Positions 1 through 8,630 of a DNA stretch of 64,000 nt are shown here, piece after piece. Source of the DNA: an uncultured virus (IMG/VR IMGVR_UViG_3300028608_000013) (taxonomy: Duplodnaviria; Heunggongvirae; Uroviricota; Caudoviricetes); IMG/VR virus record IMGVR_UViG_3300028608_000013, one strand, 5' to 3'. The position numbers and the translations under genes are program-made. Position 1 is the stretch's first letter, and every line of letters starts with the position of its first letter. A model generated the notes under the pieces. It searched no databases, had not been told where the DNA came from, and saw only the letters and a list, made by a program, of their open reading frames with translations.

Positions 1-2
1 AC

Positions 3-626
3 GTGCACGCCGGCTACAGCTCAAGTGGTGTCTTTAGTGATCTGTGGGCTTATGACCCGGTGGCTAACACGTGGGCGCAAAAGGCTAGTGGTATCGACCG
101 GTACGACGGTGTTATGACGTCTTACGGCGGTAAGTTGTACGTTGTTGGTGGTTACACCAGCACCTACGCGAACGACCTGCGTTGCTACGACATCGCTACC
201 AACACATGGAGTGTTAAAGCGAGCTTTGTAGGTGGGCGTCGACACATGACCCTCAACGCCGTAAACGGCAAGCTGTATATGTCGGGCGGTAACGTGGGTG
301 GTACCGAATTCTGGTCTTACGACATTGCTACTGATGTCTGGACCAAGATGGCTGACCACCCAATGGGTAACATCGCTCAACACAGGTCCACGGTAGTGGA
401 TGGGAAGATCTACTTCTTCGGCGGTAACGCCGGTGGGACGGTTGTCAAGAAGCTGTGGGTCTACGATCCTGTTGGTAACACGTGGACCCAACTGGCGGAT
501 ATGCTAACGACTAATGGCAGAACTACGCCGTTCATGGCAACCCCAGGCGACGGTCGCATTTACGTAGGCGGCGGTTATTATCCTGGCGTTGGTGTGTTGT
601 CTGACTTCTGGACGTATAAACCATAA
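3..626 (+). CDS. Kelch-repeat beta-propeller protein (5' truncated by window edge)
   Basis: Repeated Kelch units (GKLYxxGG...YDxxTNTW, GKIYFFGG...YDPVGNTW); paralog of the next gene. Confidence 0.9.
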   Translation: MHAGYSSSGVFSDLWAYDPVANTWAQKASGIDRYDGVMTSYGGKLYVVGGYTSTYANDLRCYDIATNTWSVKASFVGGRRHMTLNAVNGKLYMSGGNVGGTEFWSYDIATDVWTKMADHPMGNIAQHRSTVVDGKIYFFGGNAGGTVVKKLWVYDPVGNTWTQLADMLTTNGRTTPFMATPGDGRIYVGGGYYPGVGVLSDFWTYKP

Positions 627-649
627 ACAAGGACCGTTCGACAACGACT

Positions 650-670
650 ACCTCCCTTCGGGGAGGTTTT
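650..670 (+). terminator. Intrinsic terminator with UUCG tetraloop
   Basis: ACCTCCC-TTCG-GGGAGGT followed by TTT, between the two Kelch genes. Confidence 0.8.
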
Positions 671-689
671 CAACTATGGAGAGAAGATT

Positions 690-1592
690 ATGTTCGAAGC
701 TTTATTAGGTGGGTTTAACGGGAAGGGTCCTGATGGTGTGTGGACACAGTTAGCTAGTCTGTCTGTTGCGCGTCAAGCCATACAGGCTGCTGAAGCAGGT
801 GGCCTAATCTACACGTTTGGTGGCGATCCCAATGATACAACTAACGGGGCTGCTGACTTCAAGTATTACGACCCAGTTGGTGGCGGTTGGACAGTTTCGA
901 AAGTCGGACCAATTAGACGTACCGTTCACGCCATGTGCGTCCTGGATGGGAAGATTTGGTTACACGCTGGTAAAGGTGCCAGTGCTAACCTTGGCGACTT
1001 GTGGGTCTATGACCCGGTAGCGGATACCTGGACACAGAAACTCGCTACTACTCTGCGACAGTACGGCCAGATGGCTGGGTGGGATAATAAGCTGTATGTG
1101 AGCACGGGTTACACCACCGCCGCGCAGGCGGACTTGCGCTGTTACGATATCGCTACCAACACATGGTCATCATTGGCTGGGTTTGGTGGCCTTGGTCGCA
1201 ATAGATCAAGTCTTACGGCGATTGATGGGAAACTTTACTTAGCCGGTGGTTACTACAGTGTGTACAACTCGGATTTCTGGGTGTACGACATCGCAGGGGC
1301 TAGTTGGACTCAATTACCGGATCTTCCTTTTGGTGCAATTGGGGGTCACCGAACTGTTGCATTGAACGGCAAGCTTTACTTGCACGGTGGACGTTTTAGC
1401 ACTGGCGGATTTAATAAGCAAATGTGGTGTTATGACCCTGTGCTGGCTGAATGGACCCGAATGATGGACGCACCCGTCGCTCGTGATCTTCCTTTTATGG
1501 CCAGTTCCTCCGACGGTAGCATTTATCTTGGCGGCGGCCTAGTTTCCTCACCGCTGGCAGCAGCAGCAGATGTATGGAAATTTACACCGTAA
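690..1592 (+). CDS. Kelch-repeat protein (about 6 blades), 300 aa
   Basis: About six GG...YD(P/I)...W Kelch units; GGAG RBS; short N-terminal MFEALLGG leader. Confidence 0.9.
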   Translation: MFEALLGGFNGKGPDGVWTQLASLSVARQAIQAAEAGGLIYTFGGDPNDTTNGAADFKYYDPVGGGWTVSKVGPIRRTVHAMCVLDGKIWLHAGKGASANLGDLWVYDPVADTWTQKLATTLRQYGQMAGWDNKLYVSTGYTTAAQADLRCYDIATNTWSSLAGFGGLGRNRSSLTAIDGKLYLAGGYYSVYNSDFWVYDIAGASWTQLPDLPFGAIGGHRTVALNGKLYLHGGRFSTGGFNKQMWCYDPVLAEWTRMMDAPVARDLPFMASSSDGSIYLGGGLVSSPLAAAADVWKFTP

Positions 1593-1613
1593 GGCAAAAA
1601 ATAAAGGATAGGC

Positions 1614-1649
1614 TAACCCTCCCTACCCTTTGGGGGGTAGGGAGGGTTA
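1614..1649. terminator. Probable bidirectional terminator at a convergent junction
   Basis: 15-bp stem TAACCCTCCCTACCC/GGGTAGGGAGGGTTA; A-tract on the left gives a U-tract on the minus strand. Confidence 0.8.
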
Positions 1650-1665
1650 TAGCTGTTATCTAGGA

Positions 1666-2115
1666 TTACTTCTCGCCGGCCAGGATATAAACGATTGGGT
1701 GTACCTTCAGAGAAACCAATACTTCTTTCTCGTGGACATGGAAGAACATCAGGGATGGATCCAGCCCAGGGCGCCGCTCCAGTTCTACATGCAGGAACAG
1801 TTTGTGCCAACGACTGGTCAGTGTTGCTTTGAAGTTGTCGTTGTCTGCGTTGCCGAAATGCTCAATAAAGAAGCTGCTAACCAGGCTGTAGTAGTTGATC
1901 GAGAATTCACGATCATCCATTACGAGGTGCTTGAACAACATCTCAATAGCTTCCTCGTAGGAGTGAGAAGGCTTTTGAATCAAGTACATGGTACCGCCAC
2001 CACCTTCGGACACAATGTAAGTGGTCTGGTGCTCGTAAGAAGTCACCTGAAGTTGTTGACCTTGTCCGTTTTGGTTGGTGATGCTCAGTACTGGTTTACG
2101 TTGTGCGTTCGACAT
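1666..2115 (-). CDS. Hypothetical protein, paralog of 2132-2719
   Basis: YLIQKPSHSYEEAIEMLFKHLVMD resembles YVLQGSSSTFEEAWEHLFEELVLD. Confidence 0.7.
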   Translation of the reverse strand: MSNAQRKPVLSITNQNGQGQQLQVTSYEHQTTYIVSEGGGGTMYLIQKPSHSYEEAIEMLFKHLVMDDREFSINYYSLVSSFFIEHFGNADNDNFKATLTSRWHKLFLHVELERRPGLDPSLMFFHVHEKEVLVSLKVHPIVYILAGEK

Positions 2116-2131
2116 TTCAAATTGCCTCTAT

Positions 2132-2719
2132 TTATTTGCGCAGTAAGCCTACCAGCGGGTGATCCGCAAGGGGTACTGCAACGGGTTGGGAACCAGCGAT
2201 AGTCACGCGTACGGCACATTTGCCGATCTCGGGTAACCATTCGAATAATACTTCTTTCTTTACACCACGCCAGAAACCTTCAGTGGCGCGACAAACCGGT
2301 TGCTCTTCGATCTGATTGAAGTACCAGATAAAGAGGAAACTGATTCGGTTATACAGCCCAATAGACGGCATGCGCCCATCGAGTACTAGCTCTTCAAACA
2401 AATGTTCCCACGCCTCCTCAAAGGTAGACGAAGAACCTTGAAGCACATACGTGTCACGACGACCGTTAGTGTTGATCCAGTAGTAACGAGTGTAATGCCC
2501 GTCACTCATGGCGATCAGGTTACCGTGAGCAGTTTCAGTGACACCGTAGAACTTGATAGGATCACGAAGACCGTGACGTATCAGGATAGTGCTTTGTCGT
2601 CGTATCCAGGGGACCGAGTGGGTGATGATCTCACCCGATGTACGTGACACTCTGAACTGAGCCTCTCCAGCATTACGCAATGGAAAGTCGTCGGTGTAGC
2701 AAAGTCCTTTCTTGATCAT
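2132..2719 (-). CDS. Hypothetical protein, paralog of 1666-2115
   Basis: Tiles the operon and shares the motif above. Confidence 0.7.
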   Translation of the reverse strand: MIKKGLCYTDDFPLRNAGEAQFRVSRTSGEIITHSVPWIRRQSTILIRHGLRDPIKFYGVTETAHGNLIAMSDGHYTRYYWINTNGRRDTYVLQGSSSTFEEAWEHLFEELVLDGRMPSIGLYNRISFLFIWYFNQIEEQPVCRATEGFWRGVKKEVLFEWLPEIGKCAVRVTIAGSQPVAVPLADHPLVGLLRK

Positions 2720-2722
2720 CAG

Positions 2723-3256
2723 TTATTCCCTTGTTGTAATTTGATACGGTTTACGGGGTTCCATCACCCTCGGGTCGTAAGCAATGAATTTACTCAGGCC
2801 ATCAGGTTCAAACACGAACCCTTCAGGGAGATCGACATGCAGCGCACTGATGTGAATATCAGTAAACCCACTGCCATCCATGTTCTTCACTTTGACTGCA
2901 AGCTTATTCAGCTCTGATCGCCCTACAACCTTACACGCCAGATAGAAGGTGTGTCCTTCTGTAAGACCGGGTGGTGGTGGGGTTAAGCACTTGCGCCAAA
3001 CCATCTCGCCAACATGGGACGTAATCAGAGCGATAACCCTGTTCCGTAATTCACGGTACTGGGTCGCATCCTGCTGTACGACAGCCTGGCGTTCTTCGTG
3101 GACAGGTTTGTTGTACTTCTGTACATGACGCCGAACCTTGGCCACTGTTTCGTTATTGCCATTGCGCTCGTAGTCACCGATGCTTGCCAGATGCATCAGG
3201 TTGTCGTACATCTCACGCGCCATTACAACCTGGTGTCTATCCTTGTTCTCTTTCAT
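2723..3256 (-). CDS. Hypothetical protein
   Basis: 177 aa; AGGAGG RBS; tight operon packing. Confidence 0.7.
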   Translation of the reverse strand: MKENKDRHQVVMAREMYDNLMHLASIGDYERNGNNETVAKVRRHVQKYNKPVHEERQAVVQQDATQYRELRNRVIALITSHVGEMVWRKCLTPPPPGLTEGHTFYLACKVVGRSELNKLAVKVKNMDGSGFTDIHISALHVDLPEGFVFEPDGLSKFIAYDPRVMEPRKPYQITTRE

Positions 3257-3266
3257 GCCGTCCCTC

Positions 3267-3815
3267 CTAAATCATGTAGCTGTTGGTGAACACCCACTTG
3301 TAGCGAATCGTTGTCGGTCCCATTTCCTCTTTTGGATTCTTGGGATCGTTAAACGGATGGGCCTTCATGGTAGGTGATGAGTTTGTGCTCAAGATCTGCA
3401 CCTCGCCGATCAACTTCATCATTACCGGATCAAGGACACGATACTCCTGAGTGGCATGCGCATCCCACACCCATTTATCCCTTACGAGAATGTCGGGTGG
3501 TACAACACGCTCATGGCCCTCGAACACAGGGCGATAAACGAAGAAGTTCATGTGAGGGAGTTTATCCTTCTCAAAGAACTTCGCTACGTTGGGGTAGATA
3601 CCGCGAAAGCAACGTTCAATATCAGGACCCAACGAGATTGCCGCCATAGCCGGCTCTGGATATGCCCAGGAGCTGTCTTCGTGCTCGCCCGGTACATCTG
3701 AGCCAGCTTGTGTTCCCGGCGTCCACACGCCCTCCAGATCGCTCTTAAAGCTGATGTGACAAAGTACAAAGTCAATCAGCTTTTCAGCAGCAATGGATTT
3801 AGGTACCTTTTCCAT
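3267..3815 (-). CDS. Hypothetical protein, possible ADP-ribosyltransferase-like fold
   Basis: Spaced LCHISF / AISLGPDI / WDAHATQEY pattern; function is a weak inference. Confidence 0.55.
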   Translation of the reverse strand: MEKVPKSIAAEKLIDFVLCHISFKSDLEGVWTPGTQAGSDVPGEHEDSSWAYPEPAMAAISLGPDIERCFRGIYPNVAKFFEKDKLPHMNFFVYRPVFEGHERVVPPDILVRDKWVWDAHATQEYRVLDPVMMKLIGEVQILSTNSSPTMKAHPFNDPKNPKEEMGPTTIRYKWVFTNSYMI

Positions 3816-4423
3816 TATTCCTCCTTAACAGTTTCACGCTCTGGATGCAAGCGCGCCAGCGCATATTCCTTTGGCAGTCCCAACTTCTCACAAGCCTCAA
3901 GGATCGAAGCTTCACCACCGCACTCGGCGTACGTGTCGATGATGTAGTTCCAAATAGTGGTACGCTGGGACCGTTGGCGTTGCAGGGACAGTTCCAGGTG
4001 ACGAGACAACCAGCGGATACGTTCTTTACCACCCATGACCGCAGCGATCTTTGAGTAGTAGTCCCGACCGGATTGCATGGCGGCAATCGCCATCTGCATG
4101 TCAGTTTCTTTATCGATGTCGCCCTGCATGAAGACCAAGTTGGCCATCTCGTCATCAGTCAACTTGCCAAGGCACAGACTTGCACGATCCTGATTAACCA
4201 ACTCAGGGAAATTGTCTTCTTCACCCTTAGCAAACCAGTTCGAAGACGGAGTGCTTCCGACGCCGGAGTTCAGTTCAGTAAGCCCGAGTTCTTTCATGAA
4301 ATTACCACGAGCATTACGACGTGCAAACTCAACTACCTTGAGCATGTCTTCTTCGGTGTACTTCAACGCGTGGTTAACTGGAACCATGCTGCGGCCCTTG
4401 TTAGGATTTGGACGATCACCCAT
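3815..4423 (-). CDS. Hypothetical protein
   Basis: ATG at 4423 has a GGAG RBS (ORF track starts at 4453); TAATG coupling to the downstream gene. Confidence 0.7.
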   Translation of the reverse strand: MGDRPNPNKGRSMVPVNHALKYTEEDMLKVVEFARRNARGNFMKELGLTELNSGVGSTPSSNWFAKGEEDNFPELVNQDRASLCLGKLTDDEMANLVFMQGDIDKETDMQMAIAAMQSGRDYYSKIAAVMGGKERIRWLSRHLELSLQRQRSQRTTIWNYIIDTYAECGGEASILEACEKLGLPKEYALARLHPERETVKEE

Positions 4424-4604
4424 TTTGCTGCTCCATGTTTTCGAAAGGTTCAATAATCAAGCCAGAAGGCAGTGTTTTGGATTTCATTACAACAGTACCA
4501 ACCCCAGCCAATACCGCAAAGGAATCTTCGGGGTTAGGACCGTGCTCGTGATAGTGAGCGATGTTGCGTTCCATCTCTTGCAATAAATCTTCAGCCATTG
4601 CCAC
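4416..4604 (-). CDS. Small hypothetical protein
   Basis: 62 aa; fills the gap in the operon; AAGGA RBS. Confidence 0.55.
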   Translation of the reverse strand: MAMAEDLLQEMERNIAHYHEHGPNPEDSFAVLAGVGTVVMKSKTLPSGLIIEPFENMEQQNG

Positions 4605-4613
4605 TAACTTCCT

Positions 4614-5165
4614 TTAACGTTGTTTGTCGATCATGCCGGCTATCTTCATGATAGTTGACTCATCCCACTGGGTCATTGAGATAGCCCAGCGAATCTGACC
4701 GCGGGAAGGAATGATTGACTTGCGGTCAGCCACCAGTCGCGCTTTATTACGATCACGACGGATCAACCTTGTTTCGTTCGAGACATACCCAATCTCGCAT
4801 TGCGCGATAAACTCATCCAATACCAAAGAAGATTTACCGAGAGTATTACCGAAGCTACGCAAACCGCCCTTGCCATCTAGCATGAACTGAGGCGGTTCTT
4901 CGTGGACCACGGCTGCTGCGGCAGAAGGATTTTCCACGTCGTAGATTTTCGCATCATGAAGAACACGACCAGCTACAACCACCAGCCCATCCAGCCAGTA
5001 AATGAACTCCGGAACTACGTAGTTAACACCACGCTCGATGTACGGTGTGTTAGACAGATAGTTCTCCACAGCCGAGCGATATCCACGATGCCCGGTGTAT
5101 TGCAGAACACGACCGTGGTCAATGTGACCCACGGTTCCCACGTTTACATGTTTGATGCTTTTCAT
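4614..5165 (-). CDS. Hypothetical protein with an EF-Tu-like N-terminal motif
   Basis: Starts MKSIKHVNVGTVGHIDHGR (EF-Tu has KPHVNVGTIGHVDHGK); the rest does not resemble EF-Tu. Confidence 0.7.
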   Translation of the reverse strand: MKSIKHVNVGTVGHIDHGRVLQYTGHRGYRSAVENYLSNTPYIERGVNYVVPEFIYWLDGLVVVAGRVLHDAKIYDVENPSAAAAVVHEEPPQFMLDGKGGLRSFGNTLGKSSLVLDEFIAQCEIGYVSNETRLIRRDRNKARLVADRKSIIPSRGQIRWAISMTQWDESTIMKIAGMIDKQR

Positions 5166-6307
5166 TTACAGAAGTCCTTGTAAGCGACCATAGTGGTATA
5201 CTTCTCAGATGCGAACAAATACAGCTCGGCTGGCTTCATCCACTGAGTACCTTTGTCACTAGACCAAACGTTTATACGCCACCATTTGCCTTTAGGTGGT
5301 TTAGGCGTGCCTTCCACTTCTACCTCGGCGGCCTTCAATACCTTGTCCGCCAGTGCCATCTCTTCTTCGGTTGCAGCCTCATTGCGAGGAGACAAGCCAA
5401 AGATAGTGAACTCTTGCCCGTTCTTGGTGACGTCGGTCTCTTCCCGCACGGTGCTTTCCAGAGTAAAGTGAACGCCGAACAACGACTTGTAGGTGTAGTT
5501 GTAGTAGCGCATACCCTGAATCAAGCCGTTGCCGAAAGGAACGGAGCAAGTCTTCGGCACAGTGTAGCGCCCGGTTTCCACTTGAGTCGGGATCCACTTG
5601 TACAGGCCGTAAACCACACCACCCACGATAGCCCAGAAGAGCATCCAACGCAGCCAGGTATTACGACGCTTACGGCGCAGATCAACCTTCACTTTCTTCA
5701 GGGCATCGAGTGCCTTGAAAGCAGCGTCGCTTTCTGCGGTCTCCAGCTTCGTCAGAGCCCCTTCCAGAATCGACGACACGTCATCTAGAGACGGGTGCTC
5801 CTTGACTTCTGCCAAGAGTTCCCGTTTATGTATACGCAGCCGTTGTTCTTCCAGAGCACTCACGGATTCCAGATGGGTGCGGTCTTGTGGGTCCTTACCG
5901 GCCGCTTGATGAAGAGCGGCATTAAGGTCACCATTCTGACTACGCCATTGCTCGAAAGTTCCGCCATAACCAGCACGGACGTCTTCGTGGTAATGGTCTT
6001 GCAGGAATTTTTCATCCACAGCGTGCTGAGGAATCGGTTCCCAAACATCCCCAACCACACCTTGTGCGACCCAAGCCTCATCTTGCACGTCCCAAAGAAA
6101 AACTACGTTGTCCGCAACATACGCCTGACCTATCTCTCCTTTAGGAGCGTGAGCGTTTGCAATCTCAAGATTGACGTAATCGCCAATGATGAGGATCCGT
6201 GAATCTGGTCGCTCAACCTTACGGAAGAATACGGTATCTGGACGGCTCTTAATGTAAGTGGCTTCACCGTTACGAGTCGCAGCCAAGAGCAGGTCTTTTG
6301 TGGTCAT
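5162..6307 (-). CDS. Membrane-anchored protein (coiled coil plus one TM helix)
   Basis: RRKRRN followed by hydrophobic WLRWMLFWAIVGGVVYGLY; AGGAG RBS. Confidence 0.7.
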   Translation of the reverse strand: MTTKDLLLAATRNGEATYIKSRPDTVFFRKVERPDSRILIIGDYVNLEIANAHAPKGEIGQAYVADNVVFLWDVQDEAWVAQGVVGDVWEPIPQHAVDEKFLQDHYHEDVRAGYGGTFEQWRSQNGDLNAALHQAAGKDPQDRTHLESVSALEEQRLRIHKRELLAEVKEHPSLDDVSSILEGALTKLETAESDAAFKALDALKKVKVDLRRKRRNTWLRWMLFWAIVGGVVYGLYKWIPTQVETGRYTVPKTCSVPFGNGLIQGMRYYNYTYKSLFGVHFTLESTVREETDVTKNGQEFTIFGLSPRNEAATEEEMALADKVLKAAEVEVEGTPKPPKGKWWRINVWSSDKGTQWMKPAELYLFASEKYTTMVAYKDFCK

Positions 6308-6368
6308 TTGAAACTCCTTGTTAATGGTCTTTACAAAGTTACAGCGGGTACAAATAAAAAAGAAACCA

Positions 6369-6400
6369 TAATCCCCCAGGCACAGCAGCCCAGGGGATTA
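6369..6400 (-). terminator. Intrinsic terminator
   Basis: TAATCCCC...GGGGATTA stem with an A-tract on the left. Confidence 0.6.
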
Positions 6401-6412
6401 CGGCCAGCTTGC

Positions 6413-6976
6413 TTAAACTCCAGTACGACTCCGGAGGAATGGCAAATAGACTTCCTTGCTTCGATCCGCACTAATCAACTTGATCGCAGAGTGCGTTCTT
6501 AGTTTGTTGAAGCTGCGCTGGAAGGTCATGTTGTACCACACCCCGTCGAGTGCGAAGGTTGCGAATGGCAGGCGCGCTTTATCAAACAACTCGCCAAATA
6601 GACGGGGGTATTCGTAACTGAAGAATTCTTCAATGTATTCTGCGGTGTCAGCACTAACCTGGCATCCCAAGAAAGACTGATCACGCGTTAACCAGCGTAA
6701 CTCGTTGAACTTACCGGCGGCCTTCTCGGTGATGTCGACGTTATTCAACATCCGCCCCGAAGGAAACGAACTGCTCCGGCTGATTTCTGTCAGGCAGTCA
6801 ATTGCGTAGACAAACTCCTGGAGCTTCCTGATGTCCGGGATGAACTTCAGAAAGGTATCCACAAACTCTACGTTCAAGATGTGCTTGAAATAACCCAGGC
6901 GTTTACTTTCAACCGCTTGGACGTGACTGGATCTCAGTCCATTGTAATCCTCCATCCTCAGTAATGCTGTACTCAT
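6413..6976 (-). CDS. Hypothetical early protein, paralog of 7236-7808
   Basis: FVYAIDCL resembles MVYGIDHL; SKEVYLPFLRSRT resembles TKESVNLPFARRRT. Confidence 0.7.
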   Translation of the reverse strand: MSTALLRMEDYNGLRSSHVQAVESKRLGYFKHILNVEFVDTFLKFIPDIRKLQEFVYAIDCLTEISRSSSFPSGRMLNNVDITEKAAGKFNELRWLTRDQSFLGCQVSADTAEYIEEFFSYEYPRLFGELFDKARLPFATFALDGVWYNMTFQRSFNKLRTHSAIKLISADRSKEVYLPFLRSRTGV

Positions 6977-7038
6977 ACCGTATCCCTTTTAACTTAATGT
7001 GGAAGACCACAATTAATGAACGTCTTTGTTACACGTGA

Positions 7039-7072
7039 GTAATATAGATCTGAACGAGTCCTTATCTTAAAT
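7039..7072 (-). promoter_or_regulatory. Phage early-type promoter
   Basis: Minus strand ATTTAAGATA-N8-TTCA-GAT-CTATATTAC; contains the phiKZ early consensus TATATTAC. Confidence 0.75.
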
Positions 7073-7243
7073 ACTCACGTTCCAGCCGATCACAGCGCCA
7101 ACTACCAGGGCGATAACGCACAATACAGTGATCAGGAGGAGTGTTTTACGCCGACGTTTACGTTGTTGTTTACGAATGGGATCCTCAACCATGCGAGCAA
7201 ACCATTCATCATCTTTATCGAGCAAGTCCTTTGGATCAATCAT
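7067..7243 (-). CDS. Small membrane protein, 58 aa (not in the ORF track)
   Basis: Read manually: MIDPKDLLDKDDEWFARMVEDPIRKQQRKRRRKTLLLITVLCVIALVVGAVIGWNVSI; overlaps the upstream stop. Confidence 0.65.
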   Translation of the reverse strand: MIDPKDLLDKDDEWFARMVEDPIRKQQRKRRRKTLLLITVLCVIALVVGAVIGWNVSI

Positions 7244-7808
7244 TTCGTTTGACCTTCAGTGAGTGCTGAGTGCGACGCCGAGCAAACGGCAGGTTAACGC
7301 TTTCCTTTGTATCCAGATTGGTAAAGTGGAAGATAAACAACTTGCTATCAGGAATGATCTCGTTGAACTCAACCGAGAACCTGATGTGGTCTACCTTGAA
7401 CTCCAACTCTTCCAGCCCCATCCGCCCCAGGATGAAATGGAAGGTTTCAATATAGCGTTTGTCGAAGAAATCATCGACCGCCTTTTTAACACCTGGAGTA
7501 GGTAGTTTAATTTTCCAGGTTTCGTTATTCGTGGCCCTGAACAACTGATCAAACAGGAAGAAGGATTCCAGCTTGTAGTGTTCGAGGTCGACTGTTACCA
7601 GCGTCTTGTTGGCAGGGCATTCAGGCATCTCGACCAGGTCACGCAGGTGGTCGATCCCATACACCATTTCACGCAGTACAGTCTTCATAACCCCCAGGCT
7701 ATGGAAATGGTCAACAAAAGACGGCTCCAATGCACGGCATACCAGTGCGTACTCTTCATCGTCCATTACAGCCGGTGCCGTAATTGCAGCTTTTAGTTGT
7801 GCGGTCAT
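7236..7808 (-). CDS. Hypothetical protein, paralog of 6413-6976
   Basis: Shared motifs; AAGGAG RBS. Confidence 0.7.
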   Translation of the reverse strand: MTAQLKAAITAPAVMDDEEYALVCRALEPSFVDHFHSLGVMKTVLREMVYGIDHLRDLVEMPECPANKTLVTVDLEHYKLESFFLFDQLFRATNNETWKIKLPTPGVKKAVDDFFDKRYIETFHFILGRMGLEELEFKVDHIRFSVEFNEIIPDSKLFIFHFTNLDTKESVNLPFARRRTQHSLKVKRND

Positions 7809-7899
7809 GGATGAAACTCCTTAATACAACTGACCTTTTATCGGGTGTAGATAATAGTCGTGGGTGTGATATTAAATATTAACTGGTGTATAGCAGCCA

Positions 7900-7938
7900 T
7901 AAAGCCTACCGCGGGAATGACCCCAACGGTAGGCTTTA
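7900..7938 (-). terminator. Hairpin terminator
   Basis: TAAAGCCTACCG...CGGTAGGCTTTA inverted repeat. Confidence 0.65.
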
Positions 7939-7963
7939 CTTAGAACTGCTCAACCCCAGCGGG

Positions 7964-8560
7964 TTAAACAAAGGGTGGCGTTTGATCAGTGCTCAGTACA
8001 CCGTAATCGGTTGGCGGGATTACGCGAATCCCTAGAGCACCTTTTACCCACTCCAAATTGCCCCGGTAGGTAAATCCAATAAGCTGGACGAACGTGTCAC
8101 CGGGTTGAGTCAAGATGGTCGGAATGGCATATCTCAGGCTAGCCGTAACGACTGCTGCAATGGCTGGCGCTTCACTGCCATCCGCGACACTGTAATCGAT
8201 CACCACACCTACCAGGGTATTAGGCCCGTCCATGTAGGAATACAGTCCTGGGACTGTTTGTGCTTCCAGTTCATTGATGTCCGCAAGCGGCGTAAAGTTC
8301 TTCAGGACAAAGAGCCCTGGAGTTTTAGAAGCGTCAGACGGTGTCCACGACTGTGGTGGCAGACAGGTAAAGTTACGGCTCGCCGAAGCGATGGTCATAA
8401 CGAGGGTACCGTCACCAGGGTCGGTGACAGGACCAAACTGTATTTCGGATTCTTGCAAGCCTTCAAATAGAGCGAGGTATTCTGGGTCGTTGGCATACCG
8501 ACTCTTGTTGAACTTTATAAACCGTTCAACAAACAACGCCATGTGAGTCTTCACCGCCAT
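7964..8560 (-). CDS. Hypothetical protein, possibly virion-associated
   Basis: 198 aa; GGAG RBS; C-terminal IPPTDYGVL motif shared with 57117-59378. Confidence 0.6.
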   Translation of the reverse strand: MAVKTHMALFVERFIKFNKSRYANDPEYLALFEGLQESEIQFGPVTDPGDGTLVMTIASASRNFTCLPPQSWTPSDASKTPGLFVLKNFTPLADINELEAQTVPGLYSYMDGPNTLVGVVIDYSVADGSEAPAIAAVVTASLRYAIPTILTQPGDTFVQLIGFTYRGNLEWVKGALGIRVIPPTDYGVLSTDQTPPFV

Positions 8561-8630
8561 GGTGGTTCTCCCGGAGAAAAGAATAAACCGAACATATAAG
8601 CGTTCGACATAGTATCTCCTGGAATTTTGC

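Noticed and set aside
4614..5165. Annotation as elongation factor Tu (tuf)
   Set aside because: Only about 13 residues match; the P-loop Lys/Thr and the G3/G4 motifs are absent.
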